From Callorhinchus milii (lineage: Eukaryota), in the NCBI RefSeq assembly GCF_018977255.1, contig NW_024704743.1:36458001-36522000 (forward strand): a stretch of DNA of 64,000 nucleotides. Reading direction: 5' to 3'. The translations under genes were made by a program, and so were the position numbers. Numbering within the stretch: the first letter of the stretch is position 1; every line of letters begins with the position of its first letter. Shown piece after piece: positions 1 to 12,790 of the stretch. The notes beneath the pieces were generated by a model that was not told the origin of the DNA, made no database searches, and saw nothing but the letters and a program-made list of their open reading frames with translations.

Positions 1-984
1 ACAGGAACAAAAGCTAAATATTTCTTGTAAATTGAGTAGATACTTCCAGGTTTTAAACAAAATTTAAGATGTTTGCTTCAATGAAAAGTTAAATACCAAA
101 TACACAAGAGCTTTGGGTACATCTGATCTCTCGGGAGCTATGTGGGTAAGTACTGTAAGCACAACACAGACATAAACAGTTTTTTTTAAGTATTTGCACC
201 TCAACCCAAATGCTGAATGCTGGCATATACTAAAGTACTGCCCAACTTGAAACTGCAGATCTGTGTGCAGTATTACCAGTACCAGCAATATAGCTATTGC
301 AAGCTTATTACAGAACTACAGAGGCATTGAACCAGTCGTGCAGATCCCTCTGTGCATTATTCTCAAAGCTACAACTGTGCTGCCATTGCTATATTCCAGC
401 TGTGTGATATGCTGATGTCAAATCACCTTCAGCTCCTTTTATTGCAACTTCAACAAGTCTCATTATCTCCCTTTATTTGAGGCCTCCAGAGTAAATCAGT
501 CACATAATAGAGGCATTCCTAGCAAGGGAAGGAGGAAGCTGGGATAAAGGCCAATGTCAAAAACTGTACAGCACTGGTTGCAAGTGAACTCTCTCAAGCA
601 ATGAGTTTTAAAAATAGACATTGAAAAACTCTGATAGCATCTAACCAAATTACATCACTCAGATCTGCATGAGAACCTCACTTGCATAACATCAAGGTTG
701 ACAGCGACTGATGGCAAGAGCTATTTATGCAAAGAAGAGGAGCATACAGGAAAGGGGAACTCATTTCAGAATATAGCAAGATATCACAGAAGGTTTGGGA
801 GCCCTAGATTTCTTTTGCTTGAAATCCTCAGAGTAAAATTAAATCACAGCCCCCAAAGTTAAAACTACACAGTTTAGCACAAAATGGTGACTCTGGTCAT
901 CTGTTACTACTCACTGAAGTGTTCAATAAACCCTTCAACGCCAGCCACAGCCTCACAAAGTGATACAAAAAGCTTAATCTTATT

Positions 985-1398
985 AATAATATTAATCATT
1001 GTATTTTATATACCATCTAATCACCTCATCAAGACGTCTCAAAGTGCTTCGCAGGATACATTGTGAAGTGGATTAACTCTATTTTGTGGGCAAGTTTGTG
1101 CACAATAATATCCAACAAACAGCCATGAATTGAGTGACCAATTTTATTTGGGGAATTGTTGGCCAGGACACTGGGAGAAACTCCCTCCTCTTTTCGAATA
1201 GTGGCATGGGATCTTTAATGTCTACCTGAACAGGCAGATGGGAATTCGGTTTAAGGTCTCATCCGAAGGACGGCAACTCTGATAATAAAACGCCCCCCAG
1301 CACTGCATTGGAGTCATCTTAGACTATGTGATTCCAAGTCTTGACTCCACAACCTTCTGACTAAGAGGTGAGAGTGCTACCACTGAGCCAGGTGGCAC
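985..1398 (-). mobile_element. Older full-Deu-domain tRNA SINE (SacSINE1/AmnSINE-like)
   Basis: Head ...GAGAGTGCTACCACTGAGCCA; Deu segments GGCATGGGATCTTTAATGTCTACCTGAACAGGCAGATGGG...CTCATCCGAAGGACGGCA and GGCCAGGACACTGGGAGAAACTCC. Confidence 0.85.
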
Positions 1399-2371
1399 TC
1401 TTGTACATGAAGAAAACAAACATGAAATATTGCATGGAATTATTTAGCTTTCCCTCATCAATTACTGCTACAAACAAAGATTTGATGCTTAGCTGTTAGA
1501 GGCCCACAGTTCATATTCTTTGATGTTGAACATAATGCCCAGTTGGATTATGCTGTTATATTTGGTTAACAACAACAACACATTTGTATAGCGCCTTTCA
1601 CTTTGGGAGGACGTCCCAAGGCCCTGGACAGTCAGTTAAAGTAGGCTTTTGTGCAACAGTCCTACATTTTCAATGACCCATATACCTAGTTAGTCTCTGT
1701 GAATCTGGGTCACTAAAGGTTTGCATCTGCATCTCCTCATGCCTCTCTCAATGCTGCACAGCAAAGGCAGAATGCAAGATGCATTCTGGATGAACTTCAG
1801 AGGCAGAAATCCTGGTTAACTCAGTTGCAAAATATCCTTGAAACTTGATCAATAATTAACAAACAGTATTGGGTTTCCAATGTGAAGAATTAAACTGTGC
1901 CTACCCTTTGTAGCTTGCAAAAAAGAAAGTGTATGATCCTAATTGGAGCAGACAGCCAGCACTGCTATTAAACTACATTTTCTCTGCAGGTAAGGCTCGA
2001 TGGCCTTTACCTAGGCCTACGACAGCTTACTGAAAATTCTTCAGATCACGGCTAAAAGGTTTCTGTTTGCATCATTTCCATTATGGATTGTTAAAAATGA
2101 AATTAGTTACATTAATTTTAGCATGAAGCAATAAGCAGGCAAACTCCCAGGTTATTTTAAAGGGTCTAGAATATTAAATGAGCATTCCTGCACTTTTGAA
2201 ACTAATAGTAAAAATATTACTCATATGGATTATATATGCAATATATAAAGGTGACTAAAGTGTTGTGATAACTAACCCTATTATCTAAAAACAAGCAAAA
2301 ATATCATTTTTTTAAAGACTTATTAGACATTGTAATGGTAACACGACTTTTTGGTCACCCTATAATAATGT

Positions 2372-2641
2372 ATAATAATAATCCTTGCATTTGATATAGC
2401 GCCTTATCATGTCTTTGGAGACGTCTCAAAGCGCTTCACAGAATATACTGTAAAGTGAATTAGCTGTACATTTTATGGGCAAAACTCAGCAGCCAATTGC
2501 GCACAGTAGTGCCCCACAAACAGACGCGTATTGAGTGGCCAATTTATTATTATTTGTTTTTGAAGGAATTATTACCCTCGGAAGAGCAATCTGCCAATCG
2601 ACTAACTGGGTTCCTACTTACTGCTAGCTAAACAGAGGCAT
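2372..2641 (-). mobile_element. Long-variant SINE without a head, inverted relative to 2681-3062
   Basis: Reverse complement aligns with about 2788-3062. Confidence 0.88.
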
Positions 2642-2680
2642 GTTTACCAAGCAGGTGTATATTATCCGGAGTCTATATAT

Positions 2681-3062
2681 GGAGTGTGGGTTCCTGTAGC
2701 TCAGTGTTTAGAGCACTCGCCTTGCAAGCGAGAGACTTGGGTTCGATTACAGCAGAACGATACGTTGGGCAAATTTCCTTACTCCACACGCCTCTGTTTA
2801 CCTAACAGTAAGTAGGAACCCGGTTGTGAGTTGATTAGTGGATCGCTTTTTCGGGGATAATAAATAATTCCTTCAAAAATGTTTTTTTAAATTGGTCACT
2901 TCAATCCACGACTGTTTGTGGGACACTGCTGTGCACAATTGGCTGTTGCATTTCGCCCACAAAATATACAGCCAATTCACTTTACAGTATATTCTGTGAA
3001 GCACTTTGTGACGCCTCAAAGACGTGATAAGGTGCTATATCAAATGCAAGGATTATTATTAA
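2681..3062 (+). mobile_element. tRNA-derived SINE, long variant (about 63 nt of extra internal sequence)
   Basis: Same head and tail as the short variant, plus CTCTGTTTACCTAACAGTAAGTAGGAACCCGG... at about 2794-2857. Confidence 0.9.
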
Positions 3063-4799
3063 TATATATGTATTTTGTCTCCTTATACATTTATTATATA
3101 GGTCAGGTTGAACAGCTATAAAGAGGAAGAATTAACTTCAGTTTTTTTAAAAGAAAGGTTTACTTAGTGACAAAGCCTTTCAATTGTGTGTACAATACAA
3201 GACTACTGTGGATGAGCTCACTACCTGGAATAGTGTCAAAATAATACTTGACATCCATTAGTGTTTAGGCTGCACTCTGTAACAGCAGACTTGATAGCTA
3301 ACCAATCTAATCCTGCACATCAGATTGTGAAGTCCCAACGTGACTCCCTTCCTCACCTTTGGGATCAGCCGGTTGTTATTGTATATAATAAACATTTAAA
3401 TTAAATGTAAAAAAGTAGTTATTGTAACTTATTGGCAAATATTTTTTTATCAAAGTGCAGACCAGCTTGTACTACAGTACCATACTTCTCTAATCTTTTT
3501 ACCGTTTGTTTCCGCACTACCTTTTGCAAACTCCTTCACATTAAAAACACTGATAAATCCCAACCTCACAAATCTCCACTAAATACACAAATACACTTTG
3601 AAGTGCTTTGGATGTTAACAATGTGGCTAGGTGCTGCATTAAGCACAAGGATTATTTTATTGATCACTGCATCCATCCTCCTCAATAGTGCTCACAAATA
3701 CAAAGCAGGTTCCTGAATTTTTGGAAAAAAGGAAGTTTGATACTGCTTCCCCATTGCATAACCAGTGCACATTTAAACAATGTGCAGATTTCAGACAAAA
3801 GACACAGTGCAAGTCCATGCATACACTACACAGTCAGACAAGTCATTCTTTAAATGTGGTGTCATAAGATGGGTGAGGTGCCCTCCATTAGATACTGGGA
3901 CAAATCTCCGGTTATAAGTAAAGATAAAATACGTCACTCACTCACTTCATGGCTGTTTGTGGGACCCTGCTGTGGCTGCATCATTTGACCACAAAATACA
4001 ATCACTGTACTTTCAGTATTTTCTGTGAACCGCTTTGAGACATCTCCTGACATGAAAGCCACTCAAATGCAAGGACTGTTAGTAATAGATTGATTCGACT
4101 ACAATTAAGCCCAAGTTCAATTTATTAGCATTCGCCATTCTCACTTGATCACAGAACTGAAAAAAGGCAACACGCTGTATATATTGTACACTGGAAGAAG
4201 TAATTGTGGTATATTTATTTAGAAAAGACCCCAGCAATATTCAATCCTCTTGTGTGACGATCAGCATGAACCAAGTGATAGGTGTTGCCAACAGAAAAAC
4301 TGGAACAATATTAAAAATGAGGGCCACAAAATACTGCACTGACATTGCAGTTATAATAACAAGGAAATAATGGCTTCAACCTTGTAATCTAATCTCTAGG
4401 TTTTGGCAATTGATCGAGCTTCACTCTGTGGTTTATGAATTCACGTAAATTAGATAATAGCTTTATACAGCCTCCGGTATCCATTGTTCCTTATTTGAAT
4501 TGCACATTTATAAGTTGAGAAAGCTGCAAAGAGCACAGTGCCACTATAAAACAGCAGCAAATGCTTAATAATCATCAGTTCTGACGTTGGACACAGTGGA
4601 CTAGGACTTACTTATGAGCACAGCCTGCAACAGAAAAGACAATGATAATAATAATTGCATTTGATATAGCGTTTCATGTCTGCGAGACGTCTCAGAGCGC
4701 TTCACAGAATATACTGTGAAGTGAATTGACTGCATATTTTGTAGGCAAAAAGCCAAAGAAAATAATTTACCTTTAATAGGAAAGCAGCCTCCTCAATCA

Positions 4800-5410
4800 T
4801 ATCTACTCCCTCATCCACCTCTGTGGAACTGCACTCTCTTGGTTACAATCCTATTTGACCCATCACCTCCACGTTGTCCCTTCCTACGGTTTCTCTTCTC
4901 ATCCTCACATTGGCACCTATGGAGTACCTCAGGGCTCCATCCTCAGTCCCTTCCTTTTCCTCATCTATATGGGTGACATAATCTGCAGACATGGGGTTAA
5001 CTTCCATACGCACTTGGATGGCGCTCAAATCTATGTTTACACTTCTACCCTTAATTCCACTGATGTTTTGTCCGCCTGCCTGTCAATTCTTTGCAGCTCA
5101 ATGTAGACAAGATGCAAGCCATCCTCCTCAGCTCCTGCCAACATCTCCTCACTTCCAGCTCTGACCTTCTCAACCTCCCTGGCCTCTCTAAAACTCACCA
5201 AGCCAGTGTGCAACCTTGGTCCTCAGCTCTCCATATTCCTTAACACTTTTCTTCACTTTTGCCACATTGCCACCTCTGCCTCAATCTCAAACAAAAAGCC
5301 TCCAAAACCCACATTCACGCCTCTTTTACCTCCCATCTTGACTTCTCTAATGCACTACTCACCAGTTTCCCTAGTTCCACCACCATAAGCTACAGATCAT
5401 TCAAAACTCC
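4800..5410 (+). mobile_element. L2 RT fragment, eroded
   Basis: GVPQGSILSPFLFLIYMGDIICRHGVNFH. Confidence 0.85.
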
Positions 5411-8400
5411 CCCACCCACAAAGCAGCGTCCCATGAACTGCAGACAGAGGCAATTTACTCAGTGGAAGCACCTCCTGTCTTTTCAGCACCTCTGTACCAA
5501 TAGAGTGATTGCAATATTAACCTTGATGCTGAAATGGATTCTTACACATTTACCACAGAAAGAGATGCTAGTTTAATATGTTTTTAAAAAATGTTTTAAT
5601 CAAAAGAATCTGATCCATTTGTTCTTCTACTGTATAGAAGCTAACTGAAAATAAAGTCTCTCACACTGAATGTACAATTCAAACGTGGGTGATGAATTTC
5701 AAATGAAAATATTCTGCAATATGAATTCTCATACTAGGAACAATCGGTTTTATTTGTTTCTTGCACAGATATGATGCAACTGGAACTTTGGCAAAAAGAC
5801 ATGGATGAGAATAAGGATTCTAGAGCAAAATATGGTTTCAGTACCCCAGGTTAGAGGTTTAAATAAATAGTTACATTCCTGTCCTAATCACTGTCCAGTA
5901 ATCAGGGAGGGAGTGGGCAGAGAGTAAGAGCTAGAAGGAAAGTGAATAAATGCACATTTTTTGAGGCCAGGTTTATATTCAGTTTTGATGCTGCAAAACA
6001 ATTCTGTGAAATAATGGTCTAATTTACCTTTTATACAGTTATATAATTGGCTGAATTACCATCTAAGAAATCGTCAATACATAAAACTCCAAGGTGACTT
6101 CTACATTAGTGGACTTTTTAATGTGATACAGAACTAGGATCCACGGGCACTGCAGCTTTAACAGTGTGGTTTCAGGTGGATCGGGCAGTCCCAGGCCACA
6201 ACGCTGATTTGGCAGATGACTTCTCTGCCGTGTACTAAATCAAGGAAGCCTCCAAGGAATTTGTATGCAAAGCCAGCTGGTGCTATGCAAACTCAAGCAT
6301 ATGCAAACAAAGCGCAAAAAACAATAGCAGTGATATATGAGAGGCAAATCATTAGGAAAGAGATTTGAAGATAAGACTGAAGATCTAGATCAGATAACTC
6401 CAGGGGTAAAACACAGCAATGTGATACAGAGGATGCTGCTGGGTATCATTTAGCCCCTTCTAAGGCACAGTATTACCATAGAAGCCAACCTTGCCTCAGG
6501 CATTCATCTCAACCTCTGAGCAAAATGCCTTCTCCAATCCTTTTGCAATAATATCCAATGTTTTCACTTGAATTCTGAATATAATTATTTTACATAAATA
6601 TAGGAACTAAAATATAGCATCTCTTCAGTGACAAAGACTAAGTTTAAAACACATGAAGGCAGTCAATGACCTAACTAGTATTTTCAATCATTGCTAAAAA
6701 TATACTCCCTCTTCATTTGCCTTGGACCATCCAATGCAAAATAAAAGCTGGACAGACATTCAGCTGATAATATTCAAGAAATACATTATCCTGCTTTACG
6801 CTTTTGTTTATAAAATACTGGTGCATTAGTTAGCTGTGGTAAGGAGTGCTAGAATACGTTATCTCTCCTTCAATTGCTGCAAATGAGGAAAAATTAGGTT
6901 TGCAGCACACAAGACAAGTTCGGTAATTTCCCACAGGAATACAGAATGCAAAACCCAGCAAAAAGCCACAAGGGCTAGACAATGTCACTTCAAGAAACCA
7001 GATAAAGAGTAAGATTGTCAGGCCACTGATCACCAACCAGCCTCACCTTACCACTTACTACTGAAGTACAAGAATAGCTTCAAACACAGCAAGGCTTTCC
7101 AATGCTTCATTATTCCTTGGGAGTTGTGTCAAACCACTGGCTTAATAGAACCACTTTCTAAATCACAGAATGAGGTCCCTGGCAATCTCCCACATTGCTG
7201 TGGGAAATTGCCACAGAAATGTGGGATTGTGTGCAGATCAGGGCATATCTCGAGACAGTTCTTGCAGCAATGTAAGGATTTGCTGACTGCGATGTAATTG
7301 CTAGCAACTTCCTCCAAACAACTTTAACGCATTGTGTGGCTCCGCAGAGCATGTTAAACATGAGAGGTGGGTCACACTGTTTTAAACAATTTAGGAAAGT
7401 ATTAAAAGGCTGCGGGAAAAAAAATCTTATTATCAAACCTGTGAAATATTCTTTTCAGGTGGCTAACACTTTCCAGTAACTGTAACTGTATTGGTGTCTG
7501 GGGAGAATTAAACCAAAGAAGATATTAATAACAATGAAGCTTTAATGAGTCCACGATTCAGTTTTGCAAGTGAAATGAGGCTGGGAGATGTACTGGGAAG
7601 GGAACAGTTTCTCACTTTTATCACCCAGTGTCAAAGTGCTCCAAGGTCAGGTACTGCAGAAAGAAGTGGTTTCGGACATCATGGAGTTCTACTTATTACA
7701 TTCTGTTGCTTTGAACGAAGGCCTAACTCTGAAATATTACTATTTAAAACATTTGCCAAAAATACTGGTTATTTAATTTGCTTCTGAATATTGAAGGATT
7801 CATAGCTTTAAAAATGAAAAACAGATATGCATTTATCAGACCATTCTGCACCCCAGCGTGGGTCAGGAGAGGAGTAAACTCAGAGGTGAAAAACCTAGAG
7901 AAACAAAAACATGCAGGCAATATTCCATTAGGCACATACTACTTTGGTAAGTTAGTTGCAATCTTTTTTCTAGTCTCCCATAGCAATAGGTACCATCTCA
8001 AATGCAAGGATTATTATTTTCCGTTCTCTCCTCCACTACAGAAGTGCCTTAAACTTATACCAGAAACCTCTTTGATGCAGTATGTTTCGGAGAAGCAATG
8101 CGATTGGGTTGACAAGAGTCACAACTGGAGACCGATGTTAGAAACCCTGCGTTGAAACACCATTACATTGCAAGTTTCCCACAAGTTTTGGAATTTCTAG
8201 ACTTGTTAATTATTGACTTGTCCTTCTCACTGCAGTCCATGCCTTCATGTTTTATTAACACCACTGATTTGACAGCTTGGGGGTAGGATTGCCCTTTCAG
8301 TCCTCATTGGCATAGGGCACAAGATTAACTGAAACCCAGTGGGGGGCGGGAGAGGGGGAGGTGGTTGAGGAGGGGGATATTGAAAAGGGGATAACAACAC

Positions 8401-8727
8401 ATTTTCCTTCAATTAAATGCTTCATAATTTTGTGATAGGGACTGGGTTAAATGCAGATATACAAAGACAACAACAACAAGTTGTATTTATAAGGCACCTT
8501 TAACGTTGGGAGGATTTCCCAAGGTGCTGGGAAAGGGAATTAACGAGCAATGAAAAGAAACAAAGGGAATTAACAAGCAATTAAAACAATTATCAGTGGT
8601 TTTGCATGCCATTTCACTAGCTGTTAAAAACATTTATGTGTTACACATGGTTGGCATAAACTACAAACTGTGCACATGGGAACCAGCTCAGCTTTGCAGC
8701 TGTAATAAACCTGAATGACAGACACCC

Positions 8728-9530
8728 TATACAATACAATACAAAATTACATTTGTAAAGTGCCTTTCACGTCGGGAGAATAGCCCAAGGCACTGAACAG
8801 TGAGCGATTAGGACTCGAGCGGTGAAGGGTGGGGGTTGGTGATCAGGGATAGTGTAGGGTTGAAAGGGTAGGAGGGTGGGTAAAGGCAAGGTCGAAGAGG
8901 AGGGTCTTGAGACGTGCCTTAAATGGAGGGAGTGAGGTGAAGGGAATGTGGGATGCAGTTCCAGAGGGTGGGGGCAGAGAAGCTGAAGGCCTGACCAACG
9001 ATGGCGGGGCGGGCCGGACAGGAGACGTGGAGCCTGCTGAGCGGAGCGAGCAGACAGGTTGATAAGGGGTTAGCAGGTCAGAGAGGTAGGAGGGGGCAAG
9101 GACATGGAGGGGACATGAGCTGCAGAGTTCCAGATGATCTGCAGCTTGTGGAGGGAAGAGTTGGGAAGGCCAACAAGCAGGGCGTTCGAAATAGTTGAGC
9201 CTGATTGTAATGAAGGAATGTATGAGGGTTTCGGTAGCCTGAGGGGTGAGGCAGTGGTGGAGTCGGGCGATGTTGCGGAGGTGGGGGAAGGCAAAGCGGA
9301 TCATGGTACGGATGTGGGGGAGAAAGGACAGTTGAAGGTTGAACAAGACCCTTAGGTTCCTGACTGGTTTGGTGAGGTGGAGCGTGCATCTTTGGGATGC
9401 TGATACTGACAGTGCCTGAGGTGCAGCGCCGCTGGCGTGAGTCAATCAGGAGAGCCGCGGTCTTGCTGACGTTCAACTGTAGAAAGTTGGTTCTCATCCA
9501 GGACTTGATGTCTGACAGATTGTCTATAAA
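8728..9530 (-). mobile_element. L2 3' fragment with tail
   Basis: [44 protein letters not shown], plus a C-rich 3'UTR and tail. Confidence 0.9.
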
Positions 9531-10419
9531 CATTGAACTGCAGTTTACTGGGTTTATATGAACACTATCACAGGATAGTCACCTTAGGTAAATATTGGTA
9601 ATTTATTAAAAAATGCAAATGTAGCTGATAACAACATTTGATAAACAACATCTAGTGACTTGCAAATAAATGCCAGACAAACAGAAATCCTTTTTATACA
9701 GCTATCATCTCACTCTGAGTGAAATAAATCATAAACAAGCAATTCCCCTACTTTTAGAACCTACAATATGACTGTACAGTAAGACTAGCAATGTTTATCT
9801 TATAATAACTGTAAACGTGTAAAGCTGGTCTCTATTGTTTTTTATTTTTAATTTGGTGAGCAAGGTTACACCCACTCACCCTCCACAAAGCCGAAAAATG
9901 TTCAACGTGGATGAGAGTTGACACCTAGACAACATTTTTCCCCTCACATAATTTAGGTCACAAATCTTCGAAGGATTTGCAGACCTTATTTCTTCATGAG
10001 CATCTCTCCAGCCTGGGCATGCCTGGCCTGAGCCTGGTGATCAAGTGCTCAAGCTAGTTCTGTATTCCAGTTTCTCCACTGTTCTCTGTGAGGGCAGATC
10101 AAACTCCTCAAATTGGCAGTTGGCCAATACTGATTCCAGCCAATGGGGGCCGAAGGCTGATATTCCTGCACTCAGCTGTATCTTTCGCAAATGAATAAAT
10201 CATATGGAAGCTCAGAGAGGTGGTTGCAAACAACACTCCTTGCCTCAAACATTGAGTGCACTGAGTACAGTAGCTCTGACTCCCACAAATAAATCATGTG
10301 GAGGGAGGCTCAGAACAGTGGTGGCCATTCTGATCTGAGTCCTCAAAGGCAGAACTCACTACCAGGAACTGCACAGCACAAGGAGTAACTGATAAACATA
10401 GATAAAATAATAAAAAATG

Positions 10420-10592
10420 AATAATAATAACTTGGTCACTCAATCCATGACTGTTTGTGGGACACTGCTGTGCACAATTGGCTGCTGTGTTTCACCCACA
10501 AAATATACACGTTACAGTATATTCTGTGAAGCGCTTTGAGACACCTCGAAGACGTGATAAGGCACTATATCAAATGCAAGGATTATTATTAT
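10420..10592 (+). mobile_element. SINE 3' half (similar tail fragments near 3945-4080, 4644-4760, 15420-15538, 16120-16225, 48358-48470, 50083-50199, 61600-61675)
   Basis: Core plus the GTGAAGCGCTTTGAGAC...ATCAAATGCAAGGATTATT tail. Confidence 0.85.
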
Positions 10593-10892
10593 TGTAACTC
10601 ACATGATCTTAGCGAAGAGACTGAGAAGCTGGACTCTATTATACAAGAATATCATATATCTGCATTTTATATATATATAAATGTGCAAACAAGTGCGCTC
10701 TCTCTCATACACACAAGATAGTTGATTGATCACAAATATCATCTTGTAGTGTTGTTGCACATCAGTGCGCTGATCTCAGTCCATTGTACAAACACAATCC
10801 AATTTCCAGAGTATGCTCGAAACTTACCCATCTATAGGATATATCTCTGGACAGATCGACTGTTACACTTGTAGATAGATTAAAAGCAGTTT

Positions 10893-11739
10893 AATCTTGT
10901 TTGACCCTGAACTGTCCTTTCTCCCCCACATCCGCGCCATGACCAGCACTGCCTACCACCACCTCCACAACATTAATAATAATAATCCTTGCATTTGATA
11001 TAGCGCTTTTCACATCTTCTAGACATCTCAAAGTGCTTCACAGAATATGCTGTAAAGTGAATTGACTGTATATTTGTGGGCGAAATGCGGCATTGCCAGA
11101 CTCCGCTACTGCCTCACCCCTCAGGCTGCCGAAACCCTCACCCACGCATTCGTCACATTAAGACTCAATTACGGGAACTTCCTCCTCATTGGCCTTCTGA
11201 ACTCTTCCCTTCACAAGCTGCAGATCATCCCGAACTTTGCAGCTCGTGTACTCTCACACACCAGGCTCCGTGACCCCATCACTCCCACCCTCGCCCAACT
11301 CCATGGCTCCCCATCCCCCAGAGGATCGAGTTCAAGATCCTCGTCCTCACATTTAAGGCCATCCATGGCCTTGCCCCCTCCTACCTCTCTGACCTGTTGA
11401 CTCCCTACCAACCTGCCTGCTCCCTCCGTTCATCGGGCTCTGGCCTGCTTCATGTCTCCCGCCCAACATCAGTGGCCGGGCTTTCAGCCTCTCTGCCCCC
11501 ACACTCTGGAACTCCATCCCAAGGTCCCTTCGCCTCGCTTCCTCCCTCGCCTCCTTCAAGGCCAGTCTCAAGACCCTTCTCTTCGACTGTGCCTTTGGTC
11601 TCCCTCCCCATTCTCTGCCTTCCCTCACCCCTACCCCACCCCTCCCCCATGGTCGGGCCCCGACACCTGACTGTTCAACGCTTTGGGACGTCCTCCCGAC
11701 ATGAAAGGCGCTCTATAAATGTAATTTTGTTGTTGTTGT
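10893..11739 (+). mobile_element. L2 3' fragment with (TTG)n tail
   Basis: AETLTHAFVTLRLNYGNFLLIGL..SSLHKLQII.N.AARVL..PITPTLAQLH; tail CGCTTTGGGACGTCCTCCCGACATGAAAGGCGCT. Confidence 0.92.
10975..11090 (-). mobile_element. SINE 3' fragment inserted in an L2 copy
   Basis: Tail segment flanked by CATT at 10971-10974 and 11091-11094. L2 sequence is continuous on both sides. Confidence 0.85.
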
Positions 11740-12354
11740 AGTGGATTTGAAAGATCAGCACAGCTTCAAACGTATTATATGGCTGTGAATTACACTCAGC
11801 ACATACGGAGATGAAAGGAGCGAATAGAAAGCAGGCTGGCTGGTGTACAAGGTGTAATACAATTATAGCTGCGACTATTGTTTAAAGCACTAAAATGCCT
11901 CAGAGACATCTACAGGTGGTCACGTCTTTACAAGATGTGATAATAAGGTCAGGTCTGATCGATTGTAACCATTCTGCCAAGCGGCGGGACAAGTGAACCA
12001 ACCTTTGGCTGGCTTATCTGAAAGGAAAAGCCCCAATTGGATAAATAGAGCTCATTGCACTTGATGCGTCACTTAGTAATCGTATTATCAAATCTAAAAG
12101 GAACATCACGCAACTGGGCAGTTCCAGCTTAGAGCACGTAGAACAGAATTATTCACTCCCAATGTATGATGGGGCTGGTTCAATAGCAGTACAAGCAAAC
12201 AGCATGACATACATTCCAGTGATCAAAGGACAGCCTTGACCACCACACTATACTTCATATCCACTGTTCGGCATTTGTTTTCCAATTCTTCCATTATTAA
12301 TACATAAAGCATGCAAAAGCAATGTCCAATTCATTCATCAGTTCAATATGCATC

Positions 12355-12790
12355 AGCCTGACTTGGTAGCTCTCTCTCATCTCTGAGCCAGAAGATTGTG
12401 AGTTCAAGCCCCACCTCAAAACTTTGAACTCACATAGTAGTCTAGGTTGACGCTCTAATGGTTGACACTCTAAACCGTTGCATTATTGGAGGTGCCTTTC
12501 CTTGGAAATAGATGTTAAACTGAGGTCACGTCTGTCTGTTCAAGTGAACATTGAAGATTCCATGGCACTTTGAAAAAGAGTGGACAACAATCCTCCAAAT
12601 AAAATTAGTTATTCACTTCATGGCTGTTTGTGGGATATCGCTGTGCACACACTAGCTGTTGCATTCACCTACCAAAAACAGTGACTACATTTAACAGCAT
12701 GTCCCAGGATGCACTTTAAGACATCTTACCAACGTGAAAGCAGCTATATAAAGTGCAAGAATTATTATTATTACTACTATTATTAATAAT
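12355..12790 (+). mobile_element. Older full-Deu-domain SINE (further eroded copies near 14475-14780 +, 20310-20630 -, 26575-26920 -, 36390-36605 +, 40825-41030 -, 50810-51060 -, 53895-53990 -)
   Basis: Same head, Deu segments and tail as 985-1398. Confidence 0.8.

Noticed and set aside
8532..8587. Short local direct duplications (also near 12445, 16597, 36252, 51063)
   Set aside because: Ordinary slippage-type duplications with no further structure.
10000..10390. Possible ancient repeat remnants (also 13490-13850 and 27540-27780)
   Set aside because: Composition looks repeat-like, but I found no second copy in the window and no family motif I can support.
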